NCBI RefSeq assembly: GCF_052425735.1
Contig: NC_135767.1
Location: 3,906,001 to 3,970,000 of the forward strand
Direction: 5' to 3'
Source of the DNA: Oculina patagonica
Lineage: Eukaryota
DNA: 64,000 nucleotides
The notes beneath the pieces are model-generated. The model had not been told where the DNA came from. It ran no database searches and worked only from the letters and a program-made list of their open reading frames with translations. The translations under genes were made by a program, and so were the position numbers. Position 1 is the stretch's first letter. Each line of letters begins with the position of its first letter. Below are positions 1 through 11,283 of this stretch, one piece after another.

Positions 1-441
1 TCTAAGAATTCACCACCTAGTAAGGGCATTATTTACGCTGTCATAAAACGAACAGCTTGAAAATGAAGGGCAGTAACTCACAAATCGTGGCGTTTCTCAA
101 ACGCGAAGACGCCTTCGCCACCGGATACTAACAACAAATGTCACCTTTTTTCACGGATCGATTTCACACGTACCACTCCACGCTGAATCGCGCGGCCTAT
201 AAAATTAGATCTTGCATTTAAAAAATATGTATATTATTTAGTAAAGGAAAGTGAAAGAGGGAGATTCCCCTAGTCGTAAATAAATATTTTATTGGATTAT
301 AAAAATATACAAATTTTTATATACAAATGACTGTTCAGATTCACAATGACCTCGCCTCCCCTCCCCCGAAAAACGCGTTTGTTACTTAGCTACCCCTCCC
401 CCAAGAAAGAAACGGCTTGCTTACTCTCGCCACGTGCGCGA

Positions 442-895
442 TAAGGATGGGCCGATACAGGTTTTTCAAAACGATACGATATCGATACGATATTTGCTTT
501 TTTTCTCGATATCGATATCGATATCGATATTATGACGTCATTTTCCGTACTGACGTCATTGGTATGTCACGTGATTTGTCTGACCATACAAAGGACAGTC
601 CTGGAATTATAAATATTAGCCAGGAATGTTGATTTTGGTATTTTTGTTTCACTGTGGACTAGATCAAGTCAAGGCAATAGAAAAATCAAAATATTGACAA
701 GAAAATCAATATTTGTTTGCGCAAAAGTGCATTTTTAAACCTCAGGTGCTGACCAGAAAACCGCAGGCTCAGGTCACGTGTGCAGTATCGAAAACGTATC
801 GAAAGTGCGATATTTTTCGAAAGTATCGATACTTTTCAAAATTGTCAAAATATCGATGTATCGAATATTTGGTATCGAGTATCGGCCCATCCTTA
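442..895. mobile_element. Non-autonomous hAT-type element (MITE) just upstream of QNG1
   Basis: 17-bp TIRs TAAGGATGGGCCGATAC...GTATCGGCCCATCCTTA; perfect 8-bp TSD GTGCGCGA (434-441, 896-903); many subterminal CGATA/ATCGAT motifs. Confidence 0.9.
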
Positions 896-915
896 GTGCG
901 CGATATTTGTTGAAG

Positions 916-3096
916 ATGCCGGTCGAAGACAACATGTCTACTTCAAAACCGCTAAGCCCTCGAGAATCGGCTAAATTTATATCATCTAAAAGCAAGGATG
1001 TTTCTATATGCGAACAAGGTGTAGAAGAAGCGTCCAAAATCATCTTTGATTGCTTTAAATCGAAGAAATATAGCTTTAAGATGTGGAAAGAACATGAATT
1101 GCATCCAAATGAAATGACAAACGAAACTTTGGACTGGATCGTTGTATTGGACACGTTAAACTTTTCTTTCTGGACCGATGAAGATGTCGAGCCGTGGACT
1201 GTACGCTTTGAAGGAAAGAACCACACAGGGTACTGGGCTCTATGTGCTTCCATAAACAGAGCTCTCAAGGTATTGAGAAACATTTTAGTCTTTGAAGGTC
1301 TTGTCACAAAACAATATTACCCCATAACATGCAAGAACTTTATATAAAATTTTCCTAGTCAGGTTGTTGTATGTATATTTTGTTTTATACTTTAAAGGGT
1401 TGTTATGAAAGACACTGATGACACTTAGGTATATTTTGCCTTGGGATTGGGTGTACAGGGATGGGGGGGGGGGGTGTCAGAGTTCCCACTTCCCATTATT
1501 TTTTTCACCTTCTTCCCCTGTCCATCCCTTCCACTCCTCTTCTAAAGCTGGCCACACAGTAGAGCACCTAGCTGCCCATTTGCTCAGCAGATGTCTCTCG
1601 TGTGCGGACATTTTCCATGAGAATTTTACCTTGCGAGGTCTTGTGGAAAATATCTATCAAGTTTGATATTTTTTGCCTCAAGAGAAAAAATCCTCAATGT
1701 GTGCAGGCAACGTGAGCTACTTGCTCAGCCAGAAATATCAACTGACCAATAAATACATGCAGAACGCTCACATGATTTAACTTGGTGGACTCTGAATCAA
1801 ACTTGCTAAGCACTTTCCTCACTGTCTGCGATGAAATGTGCAGTGAGTAAATGGCTGAGCAAACACGCACGAGAGGCGAATAGCTCAGCTAGTTGCTCTA
1901 GTGTGTGGCTGGCTTAAGATTTTAGAAATCCTGCTTACCAACATTTTTCTATCCTCACTTGCTCCTTTTCTGCTAGGCTCCCACCACCCCCTGGTAAAAC
2001 CCCCCTTCACTATTAAAATGGGAGAAATACCACCAGAAAGGGGAACTAAAAACTAAAAAAAATCAGTTGTCTTGTCTTGTGAGCCACAGAAAGGGTGGGG
2101 ATGGGGGCACTTATTTTATGTAGGGAATCTCCACCCACAGAGCCAAACCCTAAATTCATTCTCTTTAAAAAAGCAATTTTGGCAGGAATGGTAACCCTTT
2201 CAAATACCTACAGTAGAAATACTGCATCTATTTTCTACATGTTTCACTTATTAAAGTCTCTTAAAATATTTTATCAACTACTGTTTGGTGGGTCTGTTCA
2301 AGACATTTCAAAATATGGTCCTTTAAAATACCTAAATGGCAGTTTTTCCTTATCTAACTATGTAGTTTCTTTTTGTTGTTAGGAGGGAATCCCCATCACA
2401 ACGCCATCATACTATGCTAACATCAGCAAGAACGAATTGCAGCACATCTTCAGATCAGAAACGCCAACTGAAATACCACTTCTTGAAGAAAGGGCCAGTA
2501 ATTTAAATGAAGTTGGCAAAATACTTGTAAAGGACTACAAGAACTCATTTGTGAATCTGTTATCACAATGCGACAACAGTGCAGAGAAGCTTCTTGGCCT
2601 GATCACAAGTACCTTCAAATGTTTTCAAGATGAGTCAGAGTTTGAGGGCAAAAAAGTTTCTTTTTACAAGCGTGCACAAATTTTGGTCTCTGACATCTGG
2701 GCTTGTTTTGAGGGGGAATCATTGGGACAGTTCTCCGACATAACTTGCCTGACCATGTTTGCAGATTACAAAGTGCCGCAGTCATTGTTACATTTGGGGA
2801 TCATGAAATACACTGACGAGTTAATGGAAAGGTTAAAAAGAGGGGAGATAATTCCTGCTGGAGATAGATTAGAGCTAGAAATCAGAGGAAACTCTATCTG
2901 GGCAGTGGAACAAATTTACCAGAAAGTGAAAGCAAAGTCCAAGATGGATGCAGAATTCAGTTTGTTGTCTCCAGACAAACTTGATTCAGTTATAAATTCT
3001 GTTATCATTGATTTCTACTTGTGGGACTTTGCCAAAGAAAAGTTGGAAGGGTTGACTGAGTTGCCATGTCACAAAACAAGAACCATATTTTATTGA
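916..3096 (+). CDS. QNG1: Queuosine 5'-phosphate N-glycosylase/hydrolase (C9orf64, queuosine salvage)
   Basis: Exons 916-1269 and 2383-3096 (phase 0, AAG|GT...AG|GAG). Motifs DTLNFSFW, GYWALCASINRAL-EGIPIT, FYKRAQILVSDIW, TMFADYKVPQ, EIRGNSIWAVE, IDFYLWD and C-terminal HKTRTIFY match the family. Confidence 0.95.
1546..1914. mobile_element. PIF/Harbinger-type MITE in QNG1 intron
   Basis: Imperfect TIRs AGCTGGCCACACAGTAGAGCACCTAGC / GCTAGTTGCTCTAGTGTGTGGCTGGCT; TAA on both flanks. Confidence 0.75.
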
Positions 3097-4240
3097 TAAT
3101 TTAGTCTCAGTGTATTCATCAAATTTAAAGACTTTGTTGTGCAATGGCAATGTGCCTCTCAAAAAACTTACTGGTACAAAGATGATGGTTTTGAGCTCTG
3201 AAAGTATAAAATTCAGTATTCTTAGAGACCTGGTAATCTATATAGTCATTCATGTTCAATTTCTTGGTCGATTGTTTGAAAGCTGATTAACACTATACCA
3301 GGATTACAAGTTGATTGGGGTTTCAATTTCTCTTGGGTTTTTTTAAGTGTTTTTGTTGCATATGTTTTGTAGAGTTTGACATTGTCGATGTCAAAACTGG
3401 AAATAAACAGAAAAACTCAAAATGCACACTAATCCGGGATAAGCTTAATCATGCTTTGAACAAACCGAGTCAGATTGTTTTCTTTTGGCTGTATTCTGTA
3501 TTAGTTTTCATTTGGAAAAAAAAGCAAATTCAAACCGGGGTTTTTTGATTGTTAGTTGTAAACAGAAAGTAGTTTTTGTAGTTTGCCGATATAACATGCA
3601 GATTGCTCTTTGTTTGGTAATTAGTAAGAAGATATTAAGTGATGCATATTTAACACTGGTACATTACTCTCCTTTTTAACATTTTATTTAATATTTAAGC
3701 ATTTAATACATGGCCACTTTAAGAATAATTTCAACCCTATTTAAATATATTCTTACACATAGATAATGATATACAGCATAGAGAACCTGGTAAAACTATT
3801 TGAAGGCTCCAATCATGTTCATTTCCATAGATTATAAATAACTAGCATGGTTTATTGCAAATTTCTTAGTTTTTGATCAGCAGTGTTGCAAAACAGAAAA
3901 AAAAATTGCTTGTGATATTGTTTTCTTAGGAAGTACATTTGGTATCATTTTCTAACTAGTTTCTTATTAAATATTTTTAATTAAAATATTTTTCAAGAAA
4001 TTCTCTGGTTAGTTATTTTGTCTTGGTATTAAAACTGTCATTTTTGTTGTGACTTGACTTGACAAACCCTAGAATTTTCACAGAAAAACTTTTATACACC
4101 TGTAGCTTCCAGTGTTTACCAGACTCAAGCCTCTAAAACCAACTGTTATATAAACCTAAATTCTCGCAACTTGCAACATACTTTAAGGAGAAAAAAGAAT
4201 TAAGAGGAAATCCGCCAGGACTTCGAGTAGTTGTTGGACA

Positions 4241-4685
4241 AAATTATGTACCAAAACTATTTACACCTGATTGCAAGCTTTTGTGTTACTGCTTCAAATA
4301 TCTTATCGAAAGAAATCTTTTCTAACAACACCACACATCGAAAACACATTTTGAAGTTCCGCTGAATTCCACTGAATCTCTTAAAAGATGTAAGCTTTTG
4401 CCCATAGCTTGTGAACTTTAAATATCATTTTCTCAGACTCTGATAAGAAATTGTTGTACCAGAATTATTTCCACCTTATTGCAAACTTTTTTGTTACTGC
4501 TTCAAATATCTTATCAAAAGAAATCTTTTCTAACAACACCACACATCGAAAACACATTTTGAAGTTCCACTGAATTCCACTAAATCGCTTAAGACGAATT
4601 TACAAAATGGCTACACGTGAGATTTTGCCCATACCTTGTGAACTTTGAAATTCATTTTCTCAGACTCTAATAAGAAATTGTTGTT
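4241..4685. repeat. Imperfect tandem duplication, about 210-230 bp x2
   Basis: Block GTTACTGCTTCAAATATCTTATC...CACACATCGAAAACACATTTTGAAGTTCC...TTTTCTCAGACTCT occurs twice, between the convergent QNG1 and TMEM168 3' ends. Confidence 0.9.
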
Positions 4686-5051
4686 GGTGTTATCACGGAT
4701 AATTACTTACATCTTTACCTTTTATTAAGGGTAGGAAATAACGCAATAGGATTTAAATTATTCTGGAAATTGATTTTTGTCCAACTTTAATAAATATTAC
4801 TTGACTTCCTAGTGGATTCCGTCTTAACATCATTAAGTACAGACTGTAGTTATGTTCTACCAAATTCTCAAAACTAACAATAAATGGAATATATGGTAAT
4901 TTGTGAGGAGAATTAAGAGTTTGACCTTGGTATTGGAATGATAAAATTAAAGTGTGAATATGTATCTTTGCTGTTCTTAAAAAAGCGCAGTGCTGAGGAG
5001 GCCAAAGCTTAAAATACTGATCAGGCCTCATTAGCATAAGTACCTAAATAT

Positions 5052-7115
5052 TCAGCGAACAAGTTTAAATCCATGACCAGTGTCGTAGACTGCTGGAGGG
5101 AACCAACGCATCTTCAGTCGACGGCAGCCATGTGTAAACCAGTCAAAGATACTAAGCACATTTGTGTTGCATGGCAAATGAGTGAAAATCTTTGTAATTG
5201 GTTTAATAAACCTTGGAAAGTTTTGTTCCACATGCTGGGCAATGTCCTCCACTGTTGGCTCATGAAACTTGAAACAACACCATTCTCTTGAAACGCCATA
5301 AACTGGCTTGACTTTCATGCTGTTCTTGTCCCAGTAATTTTCAGGTTTACCCGTTACTGCAGTAGTGTTGAAATCATCCCATAGTTTGGTAAGCTCGCCT
5401 AATGGAAATGTATTTCCCAACTCTGCGTCAAATGTGGCTGTCAATTTTCCAGTTTGGATTGCTATAAAGTCATTTTCAACTTTCCAAATATTGTCTACCC
5501 ATTTATCTGAATGAGCAGTGTCTAGAAACAGCAAAAGTCTTGCCCCTGTTCCTGCGTTCTTGTTTCTCCACCATTTTAATATGCTTTCAAATGCAAGTGT
5601 TTTATCTTCTGTAAGAGCCCAGTCTCCATTACTTATCACATGGCCACTGTAGTAAAGAATGTATGTGTCATAGTGCAAACCTGGAAGAACACGCTGCTCA
5701 AAAAATGAGGTGATTTTCTTTTCAATGTAATCAGCAGAAATACCACTTGATGAAAAATCTGTACCAAAGTTATGAATCATGTGACTGGAGAAAAATCTTG
5801 AAACAATACTTATTAGCTCCATTGCTTTAGTGTTGACGGCTTGGAATGCATTCTCTGCAAGAATGACGACATCACCTGTCGGACTGTACTTGTGAGCAGG
5901 TGCGACCACAGCATACCCAATAGCTGTTCCTCCAACAGATTTTCCAAGCTTTGCAAGGATGTCATACATGACTAGTTCGACAGGAAGAATGGTTAAGAGC
6001 ATGCCGATAAATGCTGGATTGGTTTCTTGCCATGCTGAAGCTATAACAAGCAATGTCGACAGCAGTGTGTAGAGCATGACTATCTGCGACACCAGACAGA
6101 AGTGACGGAGCCCTTTTGACGCCATAACTTCTGACATACTGTTGTCACTTAACTCTCCTCTTGCATTCAAAACATTGGAACATTCTTCTAGTTTTCCAAC
6201 AAATCCCCAGCACGTCACAATGAACATAAAATGAAACCACACCCACGGTATAGACAAAAAAACGAATATAGGTAATCTGTAGACTGGCAAGTCAGGGTCT
6301 TTGACAAGTTGAATACTAAATGCATAGAATAGTGCTTCCAGAACTAACACTACAAGGATTTGCAATCTGTGAATGCATCTCCCCTGGAAAATAAACTTTT
6401 TCCATGTTTCCAAAAGCGATAACCTAGAAAAGTAAATGTCGACCAATGATTCGAAGGAAAGGTGGACGGTGAATGCTGATAAAATGTATGGGTTGTAGTT
6501 GACGTCACTGGCTGGAAAGAAATATACACTTCCTAAAAAGCACAGGCAAATGGCGCTTAGAAGAGAAATGCTTGATTTCATGTGAAATGCCATCAAGTGA
6601 ATTGTCACTGCAACAATTATTGTTAGCATGCTACCAAAGTGCATAGTTCCTGTTGTTCCAGAGAGAAATCCCAGCAGAAACAAGCATTCTTCAGTTGTAA
6701 GAAATTTGGATTCATACGCTGGCGAGGAACATATTCTTTTAGACAAAACCTTGAAACAGTGCACACCAGTACTGGCCATGATAAGGATATCAGTCACATC
6801 TAAATCATGCAAGGAATCGATCAAATGGTCGAATGCGATCTCCGTGAACGACAGCACGCTAAAAAGAACACCCATCCAAAGATAGCTGAATCCGCGTCCA
6901 AAATCTCGGTACCCGTACAGATAGGTCGCTAATGAAATCAACACAGCAATGGCTACCGCGATTGCAAGGAAATGAATGCTTCCATCTGTTGTATGATGCA
7001 GCCAGCGCTCTCTGATACCATTTGCGGCTCCGGCGAAGAAAAGAAGGGAGCAAAGGGCAGATAAATACTGAGAGAGCTTGCTTGAAACTTTGGGCAGCAT
7101 GTTGAATATTGCCAT
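5052..7115 (-). CDS. TMEM168: Transmembrane protein 168, single coding exon
   Basis: 687-aa multipass ORF from the ATG at 7115; family motifs MASKGLRHFCLVS, GGTAIGYAVV, DTYILYYSGH, WWRNKN, VYGVS and C-terminal DTGHGFKLV. Confidence 0.95.
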   Translation of the reverse strand: MAIFNMLPKVSSKLSQYLSALCSLLFFAGAANGIRERWLHHTTDGSIHFLAIAVAIAVLISLATYLYGYRDFGRGFSYLWMGVLFSVLSFTEIAFDHLIDSLHDLDVTDILIMASTGVHCFKVLSKRICSSPAYESKFLTTEECLFLLGFLSGTTGTMHFGSMLTIIVAVTIHLMAFHMKSSISLLSAICLCFLGSVYFFPASDVNYNPYILSAFTVHLSFESLVDIYFSRLSLLETWKKFIFQGRCIHRLQILVVLVLEALFYAFSIQLVKDPDLPVYRLPIFVFLSIPWVWFHFMFIVTCWGFVGKLEECSNVLNARGELSDNSMSEVMASKGLRHFCLVSQIVMLYTLLSTLLVIASAWQETNPAFIGMLLTILPVELVMYDILAKLGKSVGGTAIGYAVVAPAHKYSPTGDVVILAENAFQAVNTKAMELISIVSRFFSSHMIHNFGTDFSSSGISADYIEKKITSFFEQRVLPGLHYDTYILYYSGHVISNGDWALTEDKTLAFESILKWWRNKNAGTGARLLLFLDTAHSDKWVDNIWKVENDFIAIQTGKLTATFDAELGNTFPLGELTKLWDDFNTTAVTGKPENYWDKNSMKVKPVYGVSREWCCFKFHEPTVEDIAQHVEQNFPRFIKPITKIFTHLPCNTNVLSIFDWFTHGCRRLKMRWFPPAVYDTGHGFKLVR

Positions 7116-7415
7116 CAATTTGAACTTCGAAGATTGCTAGTCGACACGCCCGATGCAATGATGCAAATGATTTTTTTTTTCTTTTTTTCTAGATTTGTGT
7201 ACGGTCTTCAAGTTTGATCAGGTCGATAAGCACGAACGTGCAAACCTCCGTTTCTTGCTAATCTAGGAGTGTTGAAAGCTTATAGCATACTTATTCAAAT
7301 GTCTATTTTTGACGTTGCTTTGACACGTTGAGCGTCCGCCATTTTGATTATTTAGACCTGACTGCGCACGCTTCAGTTGCGAAGGACTGCTGTACATTTT
7401 GGCTCAAGTTCCAAG
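7116..7415. promoter_or_regulatory. Short bidirectional promoter shared by TMEM168 and SAMTOR
   Basis: Divergent start codons 300 bp apart; YY1-like AANATGGCGG motifs on both strands (7333-7345 minus; 7412-7425 plus). Confidence 0.6.
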
Positions 7416-10400
7416 ATGGCGGACGGTTTGTTGGATGTCGACCAACAAAAACTTTCTGATATCGTGAAAGGATTACATGGCAGATTAAGGAAACAATTAA
7501 GAGAAGGTAACAATTATATTTTTTATATTTCTCAGTCTGATAATGATGTAGAAAATCATCCCTGCACTTATCAGAAGGGTTAGAAATGACTGCAGAAACC
7601 TTTCATGCTGTCCTAAATATTTAGAAGGTTTATAGTCCTTTTTTAAAGCAAAGCCCCCAGATCAAAAGTTGTTTAGTACCCATGCAAACGTATCCTTTAA
7701 GGTATTCCTGCATTAGATTACCATACTGCTAATTTGATGTGGGTTTCAAAAAAAGAGCAATGTTCTGGTGTAGGATTATAGTCTTATTAGGCCTATAAGC
7801 TTACTGGGTTGTGTAAGCTGGCATCTTTTTATTCACACGTTGGCATAAAATTTTAACAAAAACTTTGCATACAGTGCATGTTCAGCTGAGATGAACACTG
7901 CCCCCCCCCCCCCCAGTGTCCTGAACCCCTCCCCATCTGTTGGCCTAGAGGCCCAATAATGGTCAGCACTTTTTCGCTTTGGAATCTTGGATTGGAGCAG
8001 CAAGTCTCAGGGTACTCCCTATAGTGGCATTTAGACTCTGCCCAGAAGTGGTACCTTTTCCTTTTTGCCTGGAAAGGGTAGCAATTTCACAAGTTAGAGT
8101 ATACAAAACGGCGAGTAAAATGTACATAATAGATATTTTAATGGACCTTTCAAAATTTCTTGAACAGACACACTGAACAGTAACTTCATTAAAGTATTTT
8201 AGAAGGGTTACTCAAGTGAAAAATTAAGAAAAGAGATGTAGTCACCCTTCTGTAGATATGTGAAAAGGGTACCATTTTCTATTGAAGGTAAAAAAAAAGG
8301 GATACCTTTTCTGTCAAAAATGGACCGGTAAGGGAAAGTGTAAGGGTTTGGACCTAAGGGTAGAGCCTCCCTGTACAAAACTTTATTGAGTACCCCCCAC
8401 CCCACCCCCCAGAGAAAGTGGTCTAGGTTCGAGCACTGACTGGGGGCACTATATCATGTTCTTGAACAAGACACTTGACTCTCACAGTGCCTCTCTCTAA
8501 CTAGGGTATCAGTTATGCTTAAATATGCATGCTCAAGAAACCAGGATAAGCTCTGGTGAGATGAGTCACATTTGCCCAATGCAAACTCTTTTTAGTGTGA
8601 GTGGCAGAATACTCCTAGTCACATCATGCTGATGAAACCAGGATAAATTCTGGTAGTGCGGACACTAGCTGACAAAACCTCTGCAAACATACAATGATTT
8701 GTAATCTGCGTGCTGTTGGTTTCTTATAAAGCAAATGGTGACCACAAAAAAGTCTGGGAGTCCCACTGCACTGATAAAGAAAGCCTCCAGGAATATGCTT
8801 CAGCCATGCGTACACTGGCTGTTAATCACTGGACAAAACAGGCCCCTGAAGGAAGAGTTGAGTGGTGTTATGCAACAGCAACTGACTTCTTTAGAGGGGG
8901 AGGACTAAAAAAGTTGATGGAGAAACAAAGGAGAAGGCAGCAGTTTTCTGAAGATGTGAAAGAGTGTTGCTGCTGCTTTGTCACAAGAGACACTGAAATC
9001 TGTTCAGCTTCAATGTAAGTTTATTTTGTTTGTCTGTTATTTTATTTTTTTAAAGTAACAGAATTTTTCTATAGTGAGGAACCGTACTCTTGATTTCTGG
9101 CATTCTGTAGAGTTTTTTTTAATTATTTCTTTTATTATTGATATTACAAAACATTTACTTACAATACTTACAAGGACACAATACCTACAAGACTTACAAG
9201 ACGTTTATAGTACAATAATTATAATGTTAATAGTACATTTATACAGTGCAGTGCTTACAAACTTTTGAAATGCGTTAGTTTAGAAGGACAAAAACAGATA
9301 TACGGAAAAAAAAGATCAAGAAAAAAAAAGGCAAACATCGAAATATACATAAACTAAGTTAAAGAAAATATAAAGCAAGTACATAAAGTGATTTGAGCAT
9401 GGTTTTTTCATCAAAAAGTTATGGGAAAGGGATCGCTATATTATAATGTGAGAGGAAGAGGCATTCTGTAGAGTTTAGAAACACTTAAATATCTTTTCAC
9501 TATATCTGTCACCAGATATCCTACAGTCCGTGAAAAACTACTGCTTCTTGATGTTGGAAGTTGTTTTAATCCGTTTGCTGCTTATGATGGTGTTTATCCA
9601 GTTGCTATAGACTTACAGCCAGCAGATAGAGTAAGTAAATTTTGAAAATCACATTCCAAGAGGAGAGACTCAATATTATGTATTTAAATATTTAATGCAT
9701 GTTTTTATTTATCCGACAGATGGTGTATGAATGTGACTTTCTTAATCTGGAATTACAAGATTTGCAACACACACAGCAAGGCGCGTGTCCTTGTGGGAGT
9801 TTTGATGATACAAAGACAACAAATCCAGAACTACAATCCTCGTCAAAAGAACTCGATAATATGGGCATAACAAGCCTTGAAAAAAGAACGTCAACACAAC
9901 GGGAAAGCACTGCAACTTCACTTCTTGTTACAAATTCTGATGATTTGAACTTAGCGGACTCTCTTCTTGAAGACAAAATGCTATACTTGGAAAGCTTTTT
10001 AAAAGAAGGAAAACAAGTCAAGATTTTTCCATCTGAAACGTTTCACGTTGTTGTATTTTCTCTTCTCTTGTCGTATTTTCCCTCTGCTATTCAAAGGTGG
10101 GAGTGTTGCCGCAGAGCACATCGACTTTTACGCCCAAACGGTCTCCTATTAATCATTACACCCGACTCAAGTCACCAAAATAAGAACGCGTCCATGATGA
10201 AATCTTGGAAGGCTGGGATCGAGTCGTTAGGATTTGTGCGATGGAAATACGAGAAGCAAACGCATCTTCACTGCATGGCATTTCGTAAGGTAGCTCCGTG
10301 CCACTCCTGTGACCGTGGCAACGGTGATGCTGGAATGATGTACATTCCTCAAGATTTTCAAGAAGAAGAAGATGAGGACTGTTTTGTTGGTTGGCGAAGT

Positions 10401-10454
10401 GAAGAGGATGATTCTGTAATAATGGAGTGTTTTAGCGAACTTCCAGATTTGTAG
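7416..10454 (+). CDS. SAMTOR: S-adenosylmethionine sensor upstream of mTORC1 (BMT2/C7orf60)
   Basis: Exons 7416-7506, 8732-9014, 9516-9630, 9720-10454 with phases 1,2,0. Motifs QQKLSDIVKGLHGRLRK, EYASAMRTLAVNHW, EGRVEWC, LLDVGSCFNPF, CDFLNL, FHVVVFSLLLSYFP, LLIITPDSSHQN, YIPQDF. Confidence 0.95.
8010..8410 (-). mobile_element. Diverged inverted copy of the CCCGGG-terminal MITE family (cf. 49721-50147)
   Basis: Shares GGTACTCCCTATA, AAAGGGTACC and AGCCTCCC.GTA.AAAACTTT.TTGAGTACCCCCC in reverse orientation; ends approximate. Confidence 0.6.
8415..8690 (+). mobile_element. Degenerate tRNA-derived SINE fragments
   Basis: GGTTCGAGC B-box-like motif, then TGTTCTTG..CAAGACACTT.ACTCTCACAGTGCCTCTCT, also seen at 35890-35970. 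Confidence 0.6.
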
Positions 10455-10501
10455 GTGTAAATTGAAGTAAAAAGTAGTCTCGAAAAGAAGACTAAGCCTA
10501 A

Positions 10502-10765
10502 ATTCCTGGCAAAACGAGGAAACATGTTTCCCGAAACATTTATAGCGCGCGCATGTTTCCTCACCTCAATGTTTCCCAGTTTTGCCATATGGGAAACATT
10601 GTTTCCAGCGCCAATTTTGCTTCCAGGAAGCAAAATTTGCTTCTGCTACGGCAGAAACATTTCGTGCTTCCGCGCGGCATGGAAACGTGGCAAAACGAGG
10701 AAAAAATTATGGAAACATGTTTCCTGCATGTTTCTGGAAACATGTTTCCTCGTTTTGCCAGGCCT
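10502..10765. mobile_element. PIF/Harbinger-type MITE, copy 1, just after the SAMTOR stop
   Basis: TIRs CCTGGCAAAACGAGGAAACATGTTTCC; TAA flanks; near-identical copy at 47384-47633. Confidence 0.9.
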
Positions 10766-11085
10766 TAAAACAGCTTTACTTTCTGTTGACCCTTGCCTGA
10801 TTTTCGAGGGCGTGCAAACTTTCAACATCCATGTTACAGTTGAGGCAGCAAAAACTTGTCGATGGCACATTCCAGTCTCCGAAACGTGACTGAGCCCGCA
10901 ATTTTCATCTCAAAGTTGCTAAGCAACTGATTACGCGATGATGACGTAAGTTTCGGAGAACGCTCGAGTTCTCGTACTATTTATTCTTTGATTGGATCAA
11001 TAACAAAAGGAAACTTAACGGAAAAAAACGCACTTGCTCCCCGACACTTTGCAATTACTGAGAGAAAGTATGTTTACTAGGCTTA

Positions 11086-11283
11086 AGCCCTGGCCAAACG
11101 GCAACGCAAGTGGACGCAAGTAGTCGCAAGTTCAACTTGCGTACAGACTTGCGTTGCGTGGCCCGGCAAACGGACACGCAAGTTTTAATAGTCGCAAGTC
11201 AACGCAAGTGCACGCAAGTCCTGGCCAAACGGAGACGCAAGTGGACGCAAGTTTTCAACTTGCGTTGCCGTTTGGTCAGGGCT
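11086..11283. mobile_element. PIF/Harbinger-type MITE with internal ACGCAAGT repeats
   Basis: TIRs AGCCCTGGCCAAACGGCAACGCAAGT / ACTTGCGTTGCCGTTTGGTCAGGGCT; TTA TSD. Confidence 0.85.

Noticed and set aside
778-915. N-terminal extension of the 189-aa ORF, plus ORFs 417-632, 713-913 and 774-1307
   Set aside because: They derive from the hAT MITE or are antisense to QNG1; family similarity starts after the ATG at 916.
10524-10889. Cluster of overlapping ORFs here and at 47291-47662
   Set aside because: Chance frames in the palindromic Harbinger MITE; no transposase motifs.
11086-11283. CRISPR-like short repeats (also 442-895 and 62810-62960)
   Set aside because: Irregular subterminal repeats inside TIR-bounded elements in a eukaryotic genome; no repeat-spacer periodicity and no cas genes.
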